This document shows positions 60,799 to 64,000 of a DNA stretch of 64,000 nucleotides, piece by piece. The stretch is from Liolophura sinensis. Lineage: Eukaryota. Position 1 is the stretch's first letter; each line of letters begins with the position of its first letter. The stretch covers positions 74,640,302-74,704,301 of the forward strand of contig NC_088300.1 in assembly GCF_032854445.1 (NCBI RefSeq), read 5' to 3'. Under the pieces are notes generated by a model. It was given only the letters and a program-made list of their open reading frames with translations, searched no databases and was not told the DNA's origin. Both the position numbers and the translations under genes were made by a program.

Positions 60799-60806
60799 GT
60801 ATAAAA
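60799..60806 (+). promoter_or_regulatory. TATA box (TATAAAAG) of the alpha-tubulin gene, ~100 bp upstream of the ATG
   Basis: Sequence gagagTATAAAAGccctacgc. The spacing fits a TSS ~30 bp downstream and a ~70-nt 5'UTR. Confidence 0.6.
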
Positions 60807-60907
60807 GCCCTACGCTGATGAAACCCGTCACTACACCTTGACGCCCATCCAACCGGCAGACTTCAAGAGACCTCAGTTCTGAACTGTAAACCTATCCCAG
60901 AACAAAT

Positions 60908-63356
<2,449 letters not shown>

Positions 63357-63370
63357 AGTTACCCGCGGTG

Positions 63371-63376
63371 AATAAA
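63371..63376 (+). terminator. AATAAA polyadenylation signal downstream of the alpha-tubulin stop
   Basis: ggtgAATAAAtttt, 15 nt after the stop codon. This gives a very short 3'UTR; an alternative signal further downstream is possible. Confidence 0.4.
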
Positions 63377-64000
63377 TTTTATGGAATATCCGTGCTCGTA
63401 AATAATGAATGTACATGGGTAGACATGGGCTTTAATTTCCTTTATACACTTTATACACTTATGTTTTCTGTTTGCTTTTATTTTTGTTGTTCGATTGTCT
63501 CTTTAAAGAAATCAACAGAGATAGGCGTCTTTCAGACATTTATTTTTTTATTTATTTCTTGATTTTAAAAAAAGTTAATCTTTTCATCGGTTGGAATTTT
63601 ACAGCGGGTTTTATGAACCATATGTCAAGCATTTAAGTAGTTTGAAGTAACAAGGCGTTTTTCCCACTCCATACAAAGGTTTTAATGTAATTTTTAATAT
63701 TTCTCCTTGCCGTACCCACAAACAAAAAATTACATAAATAATGTTTTCTAAACAATCTTGCCTCAAGGCCCCACAACAAAATGAATCTAAACGTCGAAAG
63801 GTGATGACATCAGTACGTTTCCGCTGGCACTGTGGTCCAAAAATCTCATCTTACAGGTCAAATGTTTAACAACACTGAATTCTGTGGACAAAAAAGACAT
63901 CTAACAAAAATAAAAGATTTTAGATACAAATTTCAGTCGCCTTTATCCTGGTGGTCACTTCATTGTTATGCAGTCTTTTCCTTTAAGAATGTTGGGGATA

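Overview
This window is metazoan nuclear DNA, most likely a lophotrochozoan or mollusc-like invertebrate, and contains no prokaryotic systems. The evidence is GT-AG introns of 0.3-3.5 kb, tRNA-derived SINEs with (AAATAAAT)n tails, and Tc1/mariner elements. There are four protein-coding genes, all on the + strand. (1) The 3' two-thirds of a PDCD4 orthologue, 9 exons at 1095..8500, ends ...[19 protein letters not shown]. (2) A complete mitochondrial HSP70 (mortalin/HSPA9) gene has 17 exons at 13277..34519, matching the human exon count, and encodes 691 aa. (3) An apparently intronless SLC26 (SulP/STAS) anion transporter ORF of 717 aa lies at 54759..56912. (4) An alpha-tubulin gene has the classic ATG-only first exon, 3 exons at 60908..63356, and encodes 451 aa. 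Between genes there is a Tc1-like DNA transposon with ~160-bp TIRs and a decayed transposase, abutted by a second inverted Tc1 remnant. There are at least 15 copies or fragments of one tRNA-derived SINE family, several of them inside introns. Two large satellite arrays sit at 44.1-45.4 kb (~33-bp unit) and 51.6-53.3 kb (~33-bp unit organised into a ~260-bp higher-order repeat). The most unusual observation is that four or more HSPA9 introns carry minisatellites seeded from the exon-tail and 5' splice-site sequence, so each unit re-creates a donor-like site. One such array includes a partial exon duplication. The intronless SLC26 copy, flanked by satellites, is a candidate retrogene.
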